Below, one piece after another: positions 50,101 to 63,022 of a stretch of 64,000 nucleotides of DNA; the stretch's first letter is position 1, and the number at the start of each line of letters is the position of its first letter. Both the position numbers and the translations under genes were made by a program. This stretch comes from Bugula neritina (taxonomy: Eukaryota; Animalia; Bryozoa), in the NCBI GenBank assembly GCA_964035545.1, contig OZ037772.1, positions 12,460,818 to 12,524,817 of the forward strand, read 5' to 3'. Under the pieces are notes generated by a model. It had not been told where the DNA came from, ran no database searches, and saw only the letters and a list, made by a program, of their open reading frames with translations.

Positions 50101-53100
50101 GCAAATGATGGGCCTAGAAATTTGCATTCTGTTTATGATATGTAATTTTCTCATTCAAGTTGTTTGACATTTCAAATATCATTAACATAACCTGAGTTTA
50201 AGTACTATATTAACTAGAAGGGGAATACTACAAACAGTATGTGAAATGCTTTGGCTTTTGAGTTATATAGCAATACTACTTCACTGTTTCCCTCATCCCT
50301 TTCTTTTCTGCCTGATCATATAGCTAGAAATAGACTTAGAGTTTGCGTTAGTAAGATAACTCCTGAGTTCGTGTGTTCTGTAACGCACCCTCAATACAGG
50401 CTGGTAGACAAGATCCAAACTGCCACACTCCGTCTACGCATGTAGCCTCAGCACTTTCGCATTCTGTTGAATATCCTTCATCACACGTGTACGTAACTCT
50501 AGTGTTGTGAGGGTACTCAGTCTTCACGGGTGAATAGTCACCATTCTCTGTAGATGGAGGTTTCGAGCAGACGTCGTTTTCTACAATTAGTGTGTAGATT
50601 AAACAGGTAACTTGCAGTATACCAGCAGTATACCTACAGCTCACCTACAGTATACCTACAGTATACCAGGAGTATACCTACAGTGTACCTACAGTATACC
50701 TACAGTATACCTACAGTATACCTACAGTGTACCTACAGTATACCTACAGTATACCTACAGTATACTTACAGTATACCTACAGTATACCTACAGTATACCT
50801 ACAGTATACCTACAGTATACCTACAGTATACCTACAGTGTACTTATACTTTCATTGCAAAAAGACATACCTTGGTTGCTGCAGCTTAAGCCTGTAAACCC
50901 AGCGTCACACTCACATCGGGGGTATCCCCTGCCCCCCTCTGGCTCTCTACATTTTCCATTAGCTCCACAGTTGATTAGATAGACATTGGGTGATACTTGT
51001 GTATTGCATTTGTACCCTCCTAGGAAAGACAACTCCCACATTACTAGTACGCTATGCACTAAACTCTCTCAACATACAATTCATAGATAGCCTTAAAATT
51101 ATACTTTTTTCTTTCTTTTATTTTTGGAAATATTTACTTCTAACCACCAGCTCTTGAAGACAGCTTCTGGTACATTCTCCACTAATCTGCAGATGAACTT
51201 ACGGTGCCAACTTAAGTAACCATATAGTTTTGGTGACAATGTGAAGAGATTTTGAGCTGTATAATACTTACCAACAACTGATATGTCTGAAAATTTAATC
51301 ATTTGCTGATCTGAAATGGTTGTGCCATCAAAGGTCAGTTGAAAGTCATTGCTCTGGAGCTGGGAAAAAGCTGTCTGTACGATGTCCGTCACTGATACAA
51401 CCCCCGAGAACTTCACTTGATACTCCACCACTGTGCTGAGACTGCAAGGAATTTTCATTTTAAAAGTGAGGGGACAATTCTAAACTCTTAAAACCCAAAT
51501 TATGTAAGTAATAGTTTTAAATCTGGAGATGAACATTTTACAGCTTAGAATTTAGAGTTAATTGTTTTAAATCAATCAACTTTGCTTTAAAAAATATCTT
51601 GAAAAATTAAACTATCAATAATGCTCAAAAATATCTTAATTCCTGGTTTCCAATTCTAAATTAGCCTTTAGTAAAATGCTCAGAGTTGTAGCAGTCTTAC
51701 AGCTGTGTCAAATAACACAATAACTTCCTTTATGAGTTATCTCTACATACTTGGCTGTTGGATATACTTGGGGAAAACTAGTTCCTTGCTGTGGAGAATC
51801 AAAGCATCAAATTTGAAACGAAATCTCAGCAATGGCACTCAATATAATCAAATTGCTGTGAGACTGTATTGTTTGCTTTAAGATCAACAACATATATTAT
51901 CATATTGCCTTTTTCTTACTTCCTTCTTAATGAGTGAAGCATTGAATAATAATCTTGGGCAAACATACTTCCTTGGAGAGAAACAATGGCTGATAAGGAA
52001 CCTTCTGATAGCCTAGTAGCCAATAAGCGGCTGGTATCTTAGTTAAGTAGCTCTGCAGATGAGCTGAGGTGGCCTAAGGTGGCCTAAGGTGGGCTAAGGC
52101 AGGCTAAGGTGGGTTTAAGCTATCAATCACTGCCAGTGTAAAACAAAATTAAATATTGATGCAGCAACCACTCCTGCTTGCATGTGAAATAAAAACATAA
52201 ATAAGTTTAAAAGTTCTGTTTGGTCTGTGTTTTAGGGAGGGGGGGGTGTGATAGCCCGCCCTGCACATGTCATGTACATGATTGGAGCAAGAGCTAAAGT
52301 CACTCAGTGCTTCTTGCTCTGAAGCTGTACACAGGTTTCCTCAGGTTCCCCCAGGTACACCCAGGTCAAGTCACTCAACAACTAGTCATACAAATATTAC
52401 TTGCACACAAAGTAAAGCATAGTTTCCTACTGCTATGATCATACTTGGTTAGGGCACGTTTACGTCGGCTCCCCGTAGCAACTCCCTGCACACTGATGAT
52501 TTCTATGTCCCTGTACTGTGCTAACGAGTCATACAATGGAGCTAAGGCTTGCTTCATGGAGTTGTCAAACTCTTGCCGCTCTGCAGACGTGTTGTCGTTC
52601 CAGTTGGTGTCAAACTTCAGGCTGAACACCTGACTGACCTTCACCTCTGTAACACAGTGGTGACTCGTGATAGCATCGACATTAGAGTTTTAAAAAAAAT
52701 ATAGTTCAAGTTAAAGGAATTTAAATCTCTTAAACTCATAATATTTATACTAAGTGTGGTTGCAGCTGACTCAGCATGTACAAGAGGAAGCTCTGAATAC
52801 GTGTAGGAAGTTGGGTGTAGGCTGAGCACATGCTGCTGTAGTTTAAACAGAGCTAAGGAAATTATATTCTTACTGTGACAACCACCAGCTGTTGTAACAG
52901 AACCCTGCAAGTCTTCAAGCTAAATTTATTTTGAAATTTTGAAATATATTGAGAAGGAGAAACATCTGCAAGTGTTGAACAGAATAGCGATCAGCTTAGC
53001 AAAGGTTTCTATCACTAGTTATTATAAACCAAGGGGCAGAAAGCTGATCATGCTGCAATGACATACTAAAACATAGGCTAAAGATGAACTCTACAGAGCT

Positions 53101-54511
53101 TATGACTCATACCTGTAGATTCCAGTCCAGCTGTTGTAGTCTCGCTGATTGCTGACCCTGTTGTCATGCTTGCTGTCGTGAGAGTAGCGTTGGGTACTGC
53201 TGTTGTGAGAGTAGCGTTGGGTACTGCTGTTGTGAGAGTAGCGTTGGGTACTGCTGTCATATTCATTGCTGCCGTTGAGTCAGTGGTAACTGTTGATGAC
53301 GTCATCGCTGTTGTAGTGGTTTGGTTGCCAGAAAAGGTCATGTTGACACTTACTGTTGAGTTTAGAGTCGGAGTTGTCATATTAGGTTGTTCAGAAGTAG
53401 CTGAAGATGTCGGCAAAGTTGAAGTGTCAGGTGATGGTGTTGTGGTGTTAGACGAAGATGACGATGATGTTGCAGTGGGAGGTATAGCTGTAGCTGTGGC
53501 AGTAGATTGAGTTGTAGCTGTGGCAGTAGATTGAGTTGTAGTTGGTGGTGTGGTGGTTGGGGGTATAGCTGTAGCTGTGGCAGTAGACTGAGTTGTAGCT
53601 GTGGCAGTAGATTGAGTTGTAGTTGGTGGTGTGGTGGTTGGGGGTATAGCTGTAGCTGTGGCAGTAGACTGAGTTGTAGCTGTGGCAGTAGATTGAGTTG
53701 TAGTTGGTGGTGTGGTGGTTGGGGGTATAGCTGTAGCTGTGGCAGTAGACTGAGTTGTAGTTGATGGTGCGCTAGTAGATTGAGCTGTAGTCGGTAGTGT
53801 GGCAGTAGATTGAGCTGTAGTTGGTGGTGTGGTGGTTGGGGGTATAGTTGTAGCTGTGGCAGTAGATTGAGCTGTAGTTGGTGGTGTGGTGGTTGGGGGT
53901 ATAGCTGTAGCTGTGGCAGTAGATTGAGCTGTAGTTGGTGGTGTGGTGGTTGGGGGTATAGCTGTAGCTGTGGCAGTAGACTGAGTTGTAGCTGTGGCAG
54001 TAGATTGAGTTGTAGTTGGTGGTGTGGTGGTTGGGGGTATAGCTGTAGCTGTGGCAGTAGATTGAGCTGTAGTTGGTGGTGTGGTGGTTGGGGGTATAGC
54101 TGTAGCTGTGGCAGTAGACTGAGTTGTAGCTGTGGCAGTAGATTGAGTTGTAGTTGATGGTGCGCTAGTAGATTGAGCTGTAGTCGGTAGTGTGGCAGTA
54201 GATTGAGCTGTAGTTGGTGGTGTGGTGGTTGAGGGTATAGTTGTAGCTGTGGCAGTAGATTGAGCTGTAGCTGGTGGTGTGGTGGTAGATTGAGCTGTAG
54301 TTGTGCTCACTGACAAATGAATGCCAATAAGCAAACAACAAATCTGCAAGAGAATAAGAAAGTTGCTGACAACATAGACGCTGCTCAAAATCTCGGCAGC
54401 AAATGAAATTTTCAACAGAAATGAATTAAATTCAAAGCTTCTCTAACAAGACTTCTTTCAGCAAAAGTAAGAGCAACTCACCAAACTGGCAGGCAAACTT
54501 GGTAGCATCAT
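47189..54511 (-). CDS. Membrane mucin: signal peptide, Thr/Pro/Ser repeats, SEA-like, EGF, sushi (CCP), TM, tail. Exons 54511-54482, 54343-53113, 52646-52445, 51441-51272, 51019-50870, 50580-50389, 49949-49832, 48612-48352, 47411-47189
   Basis: Phase-consistent. MMLPSLPASLICCLLIGIHLSVS signal; TTQSTATATAIPPTTTPP repeats; SEA-like ..IEIISVQG..RRKR..STVVEY; EGF C..CGANGKC..CECDAGFTGLSC; sushi CSKPP..ENG..YTCDEGY..C.DGVW; TM YVIPVCVTAGAVLLFILIMLTICCV. Confidence 0.85.
48630..49810. repeat. 18/21-bp composite minisatellite filling a mucin intron
   Basis: Units agtataacttactcatac and agtatatatacttactcctac; on - most copies contain GTAAGT. Confidence 0.95.
50616..50845. repeat. 11-bp tandem repeat in a mucin intron
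   Basis: (tacagtatacc)n; on - it reads ctgtAG-GTata. Confidence 0.95.
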
Positions 54512-57500
54512 GTTGGATAATAAGTCAGCAATCTGGAGAGAAGTAGATACTCGACATCAAAGTGAAACTACTACAAGGAAGTGAACTGGTGCTACTATGT
54601 CCCCAATACCGAGCTGCTACCTCGTCAGTGAGTGATTCAAATTGATGAAAGAAAGCTATGCAGGTGATATCTATTGTAAATACCTCTACACCAATGAGCA
54701 GAGCACAATGGACTCCTAAATCGCTGATTCTCTTCAACAATCACAATAATAGAAGTTTGAAGTTTATAGCCCTTTGTATTGAACTTATTACATCAAAGTC
54801 AAGGAGACAGATGGTATTATGATAGCAATCTCTTTAGTGCTGGGATTGTGTTTGTTTACCCTCAGTCTATATCAAATTATTGCTATTAGGTAACTTAATT
54901 AGTTTGGTAGAGAGGCTGGTTCTAAACTCATACCTCTGCTGGTGTAAAGCATAGTGGGCGGAGCTAAACACCCTCTAGTTTGATCTTTTCTAAAACCTCA
55001 ATTCTTATTGGAGCAATTGCATGGATTTATGTCGGCCACAAAATTGTACCTAGACTGAGAGTAGCACCCCCCCTACCCACCCTTTATGTTATAGTATTAC
55101 TATTGGTTACTTAGTCTACAAGTAAACTCTGAAATTATAGAACTGAAAGTTTATTTTATACAATATAAAGTCACATTCCAGAAACAGATTTTTAGGCTAA
55201 AGCATAATGGCTGGCCTAGTGTCACACACTCCGTGTCCCATCACAGTAACGTCACGCACTCCAGTCACATCAAACGTCCAACAAACCGCAGCTGGAATTA
55301 GACGTCAAAATCAGGTCTTTCAAATATGGTTGCCTTCCGTGGGAATCAGCGTTGTTATTAGCTTCCAGATGACACACCTCCTTGCTATTAGGACACACCC
55401 CCTTGTTATTAGGACACACCCCTCTGCTAGTAGGACACACCCCTTTGCTATTAGGACACACCTCTGATATGTTTACACCTACAAAGTAGAAAATTAATTG
55501 AAAAAAAAATAATTGCACTTTCAAACGAAGAAAGATGTGAAAAGTATTATAATATTGTGGATAATAAACGTTCCTTTATGTTAGTAGTGAAGCTTTACTT
55601 AAATTTCCTACTAAGTTTCAGGATGTGACTAACAGTTGTTTACTTTCAGAGTTGAAGAGAAAATAACTCCCATGATACTATAGATGTTAGCATAATCAAT
55701 ATAATACTATGATTATTATGATATAACATACTAATATACTATAATATAATACAGTAATATAATAATATAATATCATAATAATATATTATCATAGTATATA
55801 TAATGATATAATGCAATTAATTTACCATTAAATATACTGTAATATAATACCATAAATATAATAGTTTGAGAACATAAATATAATGCTGTAACACTGTATT
55901 TTTATAGTAATATTAACTGAAGGATCATGGGTCAGCTGTGATTGGAGTTATGACATCATGGCTTTTTGTACTGCAGGTGAGAATCTTTCTGATAGCCGAG
56001 AACAGAATGCATGTAACAGCTGGAGCCGTATTGACTCACCTGATAGCCTGAGGTCTCTCAGCTGCTGAACTATAGACCGGGCGGTCAACACGTCTGCCTC
56101 TACACGCCCCGCAGATCTGCGTAGCCTGAGACAGCTCCACAGGTAAGAAATTAGACTTCCAGCACGCAGGTAAAGCACGCAGACAAAATGAATAATAGCC
56201 AATGCACCAAACATGATCAAACAAGTCAGAGCTGCAAAATAGACGGTAGAGTTACACTAGAGTTTATTGAGTGTATTTATATAATATTCAAACATTTCAA
56301 TGAAATATTTATTTCTAAAATTCAGAAGTTAAATTTTAATCAAAGTTTTTATTTATAAGTTATATATTTATTGCAAACAAACTGTCATGATGCAGATCAC
56401 ATTCTATGTTTTCAAGTATAACATAAGCACATTATATTGTCAATTGAAGCCAATGCAACTCGTATACTGATCTGATTGCTGGAAACTAATAGATATGATA
56501 AGATAACTTCTATGCATTGCTTAGTATCTACTACTATATTCAATAGCTCTGAACAGCTAGCTAGTCTGTGACTCACTAGCTGAGGTCAAGGTCAAAGTTG
56601 AACAGAAAATACTCACCGACCGGATCTATCCGTGACTCATCTGAGAGCTCAATATAGCTTGAGTTCTTCTGTATGTAGTAACACAGATACACAGTGAGTC
56701 CATTTATACCAAAGTACACAGCTATAGACTTGTTTCTGAGACTAAGAAGGTCATTCTGCAGCATAGCCTCAGTTTCTATACTCGGCGAGTAGGGCTTTAG
56801 GTAACCTCTGATGAGACTTTTCCAAAATAGAATTTCATTTTCATCTAAGAAACTGGTCTACAAAAGATAATTGCAAGCAGTCACTTTAAATACTGAAGTA
56901 TTTTTTTATTTTTCCATAGTTAATGTGCTGAGAGAGGGGAAACAACTTTAAATCACAATTTTTATAAAGTTTTGTAGTTAAAATATTGCAATAGATTCAT
57001 AATTAGACATCCAAAAGTATTTTATTAATATTTCTCTATTACAAAATTACACAATTTGAAAATATCATTTCAGCAATTATGAATCCCAGTTTGTAGATGA
57101 ATAAATGGTAATTGTCTGCTCTCTGTTTACTTACTCTAAATTTCTCAAGACTTCTACTCTCCAGCCAACTCGGATTGACAAGATCATTGATTGACTGAGA
57201 GCGCTTTCTTCCAGCTCGGTTTGAGGGGGGCGTCCTCTCGCGCGTCCCCCAACTGATGACATTGAGATTCATGACGCAGTAAATAATAAGAATCATGCTG
57301 GTTGTAGGCATCATCGTGTAGTAGAGGTAGAGAGGAAGTAGGTCAAGGACTTCCCGGGGATGCATAATAGCGGTTAGTGTCGATAGGGAGCTTAGAACTA
57401 AATAATAATGCAATAACATGCTACTTATATACAGTACACAATGTGATGATAATACTGATTGTATATATTCATAAGACTGGTATTGTAGCGGCACACATAC

Positions 57501-58062
57501 TGATGACGGCCAGCGCCAAGGGAGAACTGAAACTGCTATCCGCAGCTGAGTAGGATTGGAAGAGGAAGTAGAGAGAACTCAAAACGGCGTAGTACACTGA
57601 GAGGACGCGGGCGACCTTGACCTGGCTGTCTCTAGCCAAGACTAAGCACAGAACTGCATAGAGTAGGGGTGGCGCTATCGACCCAAGGTAGGCTTCTTCT
57701 AAGGTGAGCTGGAACACCTGAAATATTCAGATTGTAATGCGGAGCTGAGCCGGTCTCTGGAAACAGTGGAACTGAAGGAATAGAGAAATGGCAAACAGAT
57801 AACTTAAACTAGGAAATGTGAACATAACTTCAGTTATTATGAGAACCAGGAAGGTAGGCTGAGTTACTCACTCCAGTGTTGGCATAGACTAAAAACAGAA
57901 TGATATAAGATGGACCAATCAGAGTGAACAGGAGAATCAAACTCTGGAAGAGGAGGTAAGAAAGTGAGATGTCTTGGTTCTTGTGATAAGAGTTCCGCCA
58001 TTTGATGAGCAGGTCCAGCTGATTGACTACGGTAGATACAGTCCAGCGGCGTCTCTGTCAAC

Positions 58063-58275
58063 GTGACATATATACTCTGTGTGACATATATACTCTACTT
58101 CACATATATACTCTGCGTGACATATATATACTCTGCATGTGACATATATACTCTGCGTGACATATATATACTCTGCATGTGACATATATATATATATATA
58201 TATACTCTGTGACCCATATATACTATATGTGACATATATACTCTGTGTGACATATATATTATACTCTGTGACATA
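58063..58275. repeat. ~16-22 bp repeat filling a chitin synthase intron
   Basis: gtgacatata(ta)ntactct units abutting the acceptor of the RRRW exon. Confidence 0.9.
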
Positions 58276-59101
58276 GATTTATTGACAACGCTGTTCAAAT
58301 CATATTAACGAATCACCTGGTTGAAGAACTCCAGCAGACTCTCCGGTGCATGAGTCATAGCTGACGCTGCCGGTACGTACTCACACCTGTGACCTTGCTG
58401 AAAGAGGAGAGAGCATAGCCAGCGATCTTCTCCCTGCTCACTCTGGATGGCGCTGTACCCGTCACCAACCTGCAAGAAGCCGCAGTAAGCACTCAGGTAT
58501 ATAAATAGACTACACTACACCTCACCAGCCTTTCACATTTGGTATTAAGAGTTGTGTTTTCTATACGAAATCCCCTGGTTGCCCAACCTCTCTGCTGAAT
58601 GTTTTGATAATGTTGTGGTCCATAAGAGCTGAGGCTCTGAACATAGAGAAGGCACCGGGCGTACAGAGCACCACCCCCATAACTTTCTCAGCCGTCTTGT
58701 GTAGCCAGTGGGTTATGGCATACTCAAACCTCTAATACCAAACCATCACACCTGTAACATATTCACACACTTAAAGAGAAGACAACTTCAATCAGTATTG
58801 GAAAAAACTTGTAAATTTCAACTTGGTTCAAACAAGTGGACTACAATTAATTGTTTTGTTATAGACTGCACTGTTACTATATGTTACCTGATCCCATTGG
58901 ATGAATTCTACCACAAGCCACGCCCACATTGCTATCCTGCTGCAACTGTGTAACTAGCTGCTGGACGCTATCTGGCTCAAACTGTACATCACCGTCCACA
59001 GTGAGTATGAAAGTGCGATCTGCAGATAGTTTTGTTTTACTTGACGTCTTCCAAGAGAAATTCTCTCCGTAATCTTCAGGGTATTTAGATAGTAGCTTGT
59101 A

Positions 59102-59280
59102 TCCCAGTAGATAATACATGTACTGTATCTATAAATAGATAGTACATGTACTGTATCTAATAATAGATAATACATGTACTGTATCTAATAATAGATAATA
59201 CATGTACTGTATCTAATAATAGATAATACATGTACTGTATCCCAGTAGATAATGCATGTACTGTATCTATAAATAGATAA
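59102..59280 (-). repeat. 28-bp minisatellite (~6 copies) duplicating a chitin synthase acceptor junction
   Basis: On -, most copies read ..tag|ATACAGTACATGTATTATC, the start of the IQYMYYLLG exon. Confidence 0.9.
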
Positions 59281-59482
59281 ACAATGTAGGTGACACACAT
59301 ATCTAAAAATCAAAGCCAGGACTACAAAAATATGATGAGTTGTAATTTAACAAGACATGTTCAACTGATAACTAAATCATAGGATTTCTTTCTGATTAGA
59401 TTCTATATGCTAGTATATTTGACTTAAGCCAATGTTAACACAAAACACCAAAGATTAGATTAGATCTTAAAAATAGGACTGG

Positions 59483-59735
59483 AGTAACTTGAGCAACTTG
59501 AGCAACTTGAGCAACTTGAGTGACTTGAGTAACTTGAGTAACTTGAGTGACTTGAGTAACTTGAGTAACTTGAGAGACTTGAATGACTTGAGTAACTAGA
59601 GAGACTTGAGGGACTTGAGTAACTTGAGTAACTAGAGAGACTTGAGGGACATGATTAACTTGAGCAACTTGAGGGACTTGAGTAACTTGAGAGACTTGAG
59701 TGACTTGAGTGACTTGAGTAACTTGAGCGACTTAA
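59483..59735. repeat. 9-bp tandem repeat next to a chitin synthase donor
   Basis: (acttgagt(a/g))n with variants. Confidence 0.95.
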
Positions 59736-61220
59736 ACTGGCTCACCATGGACCACCTCTTCTTGTTTCTAACTCTCAGTTTATCTTTCAGATGAACTACC
59801 AGTATACTGCCTCCCGGGAGACGAAAGGTCAGCTGACCTCCATAAGGGGCGGGCAACTTCTCTGGCATCTCCATAATTTCTGAAACAACAAGAGTATGCG
59901 GAGCTTTTAGATCCATCAAGTCTTTAAAATTTTAATGTTTGGATGATGTGTTTAATCTTATCACTTTGAACATTGTTATAAATGTCCAGGACTGTGTTCA
60001 CAAGTATTCTAGAGGTTTTACTTGCAACAAATTTCTATTACAGGTGTCACAAAATAAATTGTATGCTATAAACTATATTTCTAGAGATGCTCTAGCAACA
60101 ACAAGGCACTATGAATATGTCTCTATCTTTAGAGTTGTACTATTTTTTTATTATATTATACTTCATAGTTGGTTTATATATCACTCAGGTCTGATATTTG
60201 CGTATTAATACAGGCAGCCAATGACTATTGTATCCTCACTAAAACACAATGATAATGTATTATTATACATCAACAGTAATAAAAGGTGAACTTAATGGTT
60301 ACTTTCTTTAGTACTAGAAAAAGCTGTTGCAGTTAAAGACTGGTAGAGTTCCATGTACTTGTTCATGTCTTCAGTTACATTAGTCAAAATGAGTGAATAA
60401 AAGGTGCCCAACTGAATTAATGTAAAATGTTGATAATAAAGTCTCAAACAACACTTTTCTGAGCTTTACTGTTGTCTGACCACACCAGCACTGTCTACAG
60501 CCCGACTGTAACTTACTTTTTAATTTTTTTTTATTCCGTAAGTAAGCATCGGAAATGCTCATGTCTCAAGACTATCACTGCTGGTTCTGTTCTTACTCTA
60601 TACAAGGATAGTTACTCAGTGATTGACTGGTAAACAATGCTAGCAACTAGAATGCCAATGTCATAATTGCATTACAATTTATAATAGTATTAAATAAAGA
60701 TATAATTTAACTTAATGAACTTCTTTGCTTTGGTCATCTTATTGCATGTCTTATTAAACTAGTTAAAATTGACGAGCTTTGATGTTTGTTGTTTTCTTTA
60801 TATTATATTATTGTGATTATTATATTATTATTTTATACCTTATTACACAGTATAAATATGCACACATAATCGCTTTCTCAGCATTACAGAGTCTGTCTTG
60901 ATTTTTAAAGATTACTAAAGCAATAAATAGTATATTTTCAATAGCTATCTTACAGTCGCAAGTGTTTTTAATTCAATTATTTGAAAATAAAAATAAGTAC
61001 CAACAAATTTACATTTAGGGTTTATCTCCCTTGGTACAGTGATCGCATTTTATAGAGAATCTTATTATAATAACACACAAGAACGAGAATGTTTTAATTT
61101 TAAATTTTAATATAATTGGTGAAGTTATTTAAAATAATGTATTACACTATATTTACTAATTCTACTGCATTATAGAATTTAAAATACCTTGCACACCGTT
61201 TACTAATCACTCACGATTTA

Positions 61221-61425
61221 ACTAGTAGCGATGCGACATGAGTGTAGAGATAGAGTGTGTTAATAGCGCACAATTACATACACACCAATCGACTAGCGAA
61301 CCTTATTGTTGCTTAAAAGGTAAATATCGGACTAAGTTGTTCAGTCAACTTACTAATGCATCTGAGGTTATTTAGTAGAATCGTACCTAGTGTCGCAAGA
61401 CGCACCCTTGGCCTACGGTCCAGAC
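61221..61425 (+). ncRNA. Putative structured small RNA, cassette H
   Basis: TTTAGGGTTTATCTCCC (TCTCCC at 61025) ~200 bp upstream. Nested stems CTAGT/ACTAG, CGAT/ATCG, GTGTA/TACAC; ACCTT/AAGGT; AATATCGGA; TAAGTTG/CAACTTA (61333-61352); GNRA hairpin GTGTC-gcaa-GACGC (61390-61403). Confidence 0.45.
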
Positions 61426-62644
61426 AGTGTATGTCACTGCTGGTACTGTCATAATGTAAAGCAAGTAAATTACAATAGTCGCTGCCGACTAGAATGTATG
61501 GCATCGTCTCACTATTAGAAAATTGATACAAAAAGAGTTGCTTGCCCTTGTGAGAAAGCAATGCATACTTCTTGTTACAGGTGTATTCAACATTAGAATT
61601 AGGTGACCGAGTCCAGCTATTTGCGATTCTTGATAAAATAGACACCCAACACTGAATATATATTTTGAAAACCATCTGTGACAGTTTGACTCGAAATGCT
61701 CTGAATCAAAAACACGATCTCACTTGGCCCATACAGAACATGCTTCACTCACTAATTATGTGTAAACATAGAAATAGATCTTCAATGCAGTTATCAGCTG
61801 TAATCTACACTTCGCAATATAAAACTTCGGAAAAAGCGCTTTCTATGTTACTATTGAACTCACCAAATCAACTAAAGCGGTCTACAGTACAGATATTGCT
61901 GTAACTAAGAATATTTCTTCACAGGTGAAATCAAATATAATGTAATGATGCACAAAGCATAGTCTTTATGTTTCTAATAGATGTGCAAAAGCAATTATGT
62001 TGACATAATAATGTTGAGAATTTTTTCAAATTAAAGTTAAAATTGTATATTTTACAACTATACGGACAAAAAATTAAGCAAAATGTCTTGAAGTGTCATC
62101 TTGAAACACTCAATATTTTAAATTTTAGTTTTTAAATACACAAATGGATTTTTCTCTATATTGATGCTAAAATTCAATTTATTTATTTTGTAAACCTGAT
62201 GTTTTTACAACAGAAAAACAGTTTAGGAAAGAGTATTAAGTAAAATGCCTTTTTTCACAATAAAGAGATATGGAAGTTGGATTGTCTTATGCGACTATGT
62301 GTATTTCCAACTGAGAGAAAACAGTTAGGTTCTTCTGATACAGTTGTAAAAGTAGCCCAACGAAATTGACAATTTCACTGAGGTTGATTTACCAGTTCAC
62401 TTTTTTATCTCATATATTATTATAATGATAGCGTATTTGAAAAATTAGGATTTATCTCCCCATACGTCTATTTAAATTTTATTATCTTATGATATTTAAA
62501 AAATAAACATAATATACAGACACAAACAAAGTTTAAAACAATAAATAAACTTTAAAATTAAAATAATGTTTTAAAATGTAAATAATTTTATAAATACAGC
62601 GGTTTTGAAATTTACACACTTGAAATTATATTTTATTATTTTGA

Positions 62645-62836
62645 CTAGTCATCTGTGAAAACGTAGAGTGTTCAGAGTGTGAAATTTTAGCACATGATTT
62701 CTGCAGCACAATTCTGCTGATGAACATCAGTGGCTGGAGCGAACCCCTGAGTTGTTCAGGGGTTCGCCCTAGCATCTGAGAGAATATGCAATGTCTGTGC
62801 CTACAAGCATTGACTAATGTGCTTGTTGCAGAATGC
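62645..62836 (+). ncRNA. Putative structured small RNA, cassette I
   Basis: TTAGGATTTATCTCCC (TCTCCC at 62455) with ACAC at +159. GTGTTCA/TGAACAT enclosing two hairpins; GCTGGA; perfect 12-bp stem GCGAACCCCTGA/TCAGGGGTTCGC (62739-62767); bulged stem TCTGTG/ACAAGCA...TGCTTGT/TGCAGA. Confidence 0.5.
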
Positions 62837-63022
62837 ACTACAGGCAATTAAAGTGCAGTCGCATGCATTTCTCAAGTTAGGAAAACATGATTCCAAACTT
62901 GAAAATAATGCACGGCTGCACACAATCACCCTCAACAGGGTGCTGGTTGTAAAGCAATCGTGCATCTACGAATATATGCCTGTATTTCACTACACCGCCA
63001 AGAATTTCCAAGTTTAATTTGT

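Larger units (their letters stand above)
55270..59879 (-). pseudogene. CHS: Chitin synthase (GT2), catalytic and C-terminal TM regions, with an in-frame TAG at 58732-58734. Exons 59879-59746, 59128-58888, 58751-58588, 58469-58317, 58054-57872, 57717-57501, 57397-57135, 56857-56617, 56231-56040, 55478-55270
   Basis: PYGG, HLKDK..R.KKRWS, YMYYLLG, DGDV.F, ACGRIHP.GSG, FEYAI.HW, QGEDRWLC, QRRRW, SWGTRE and FW..LI..YL.P are all present; WYQ reads WY*. AATAAA on - at ~55152. Family identity is secure; pseudogene versus null allele versus base error is unresolved. Confidence 0.85.
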
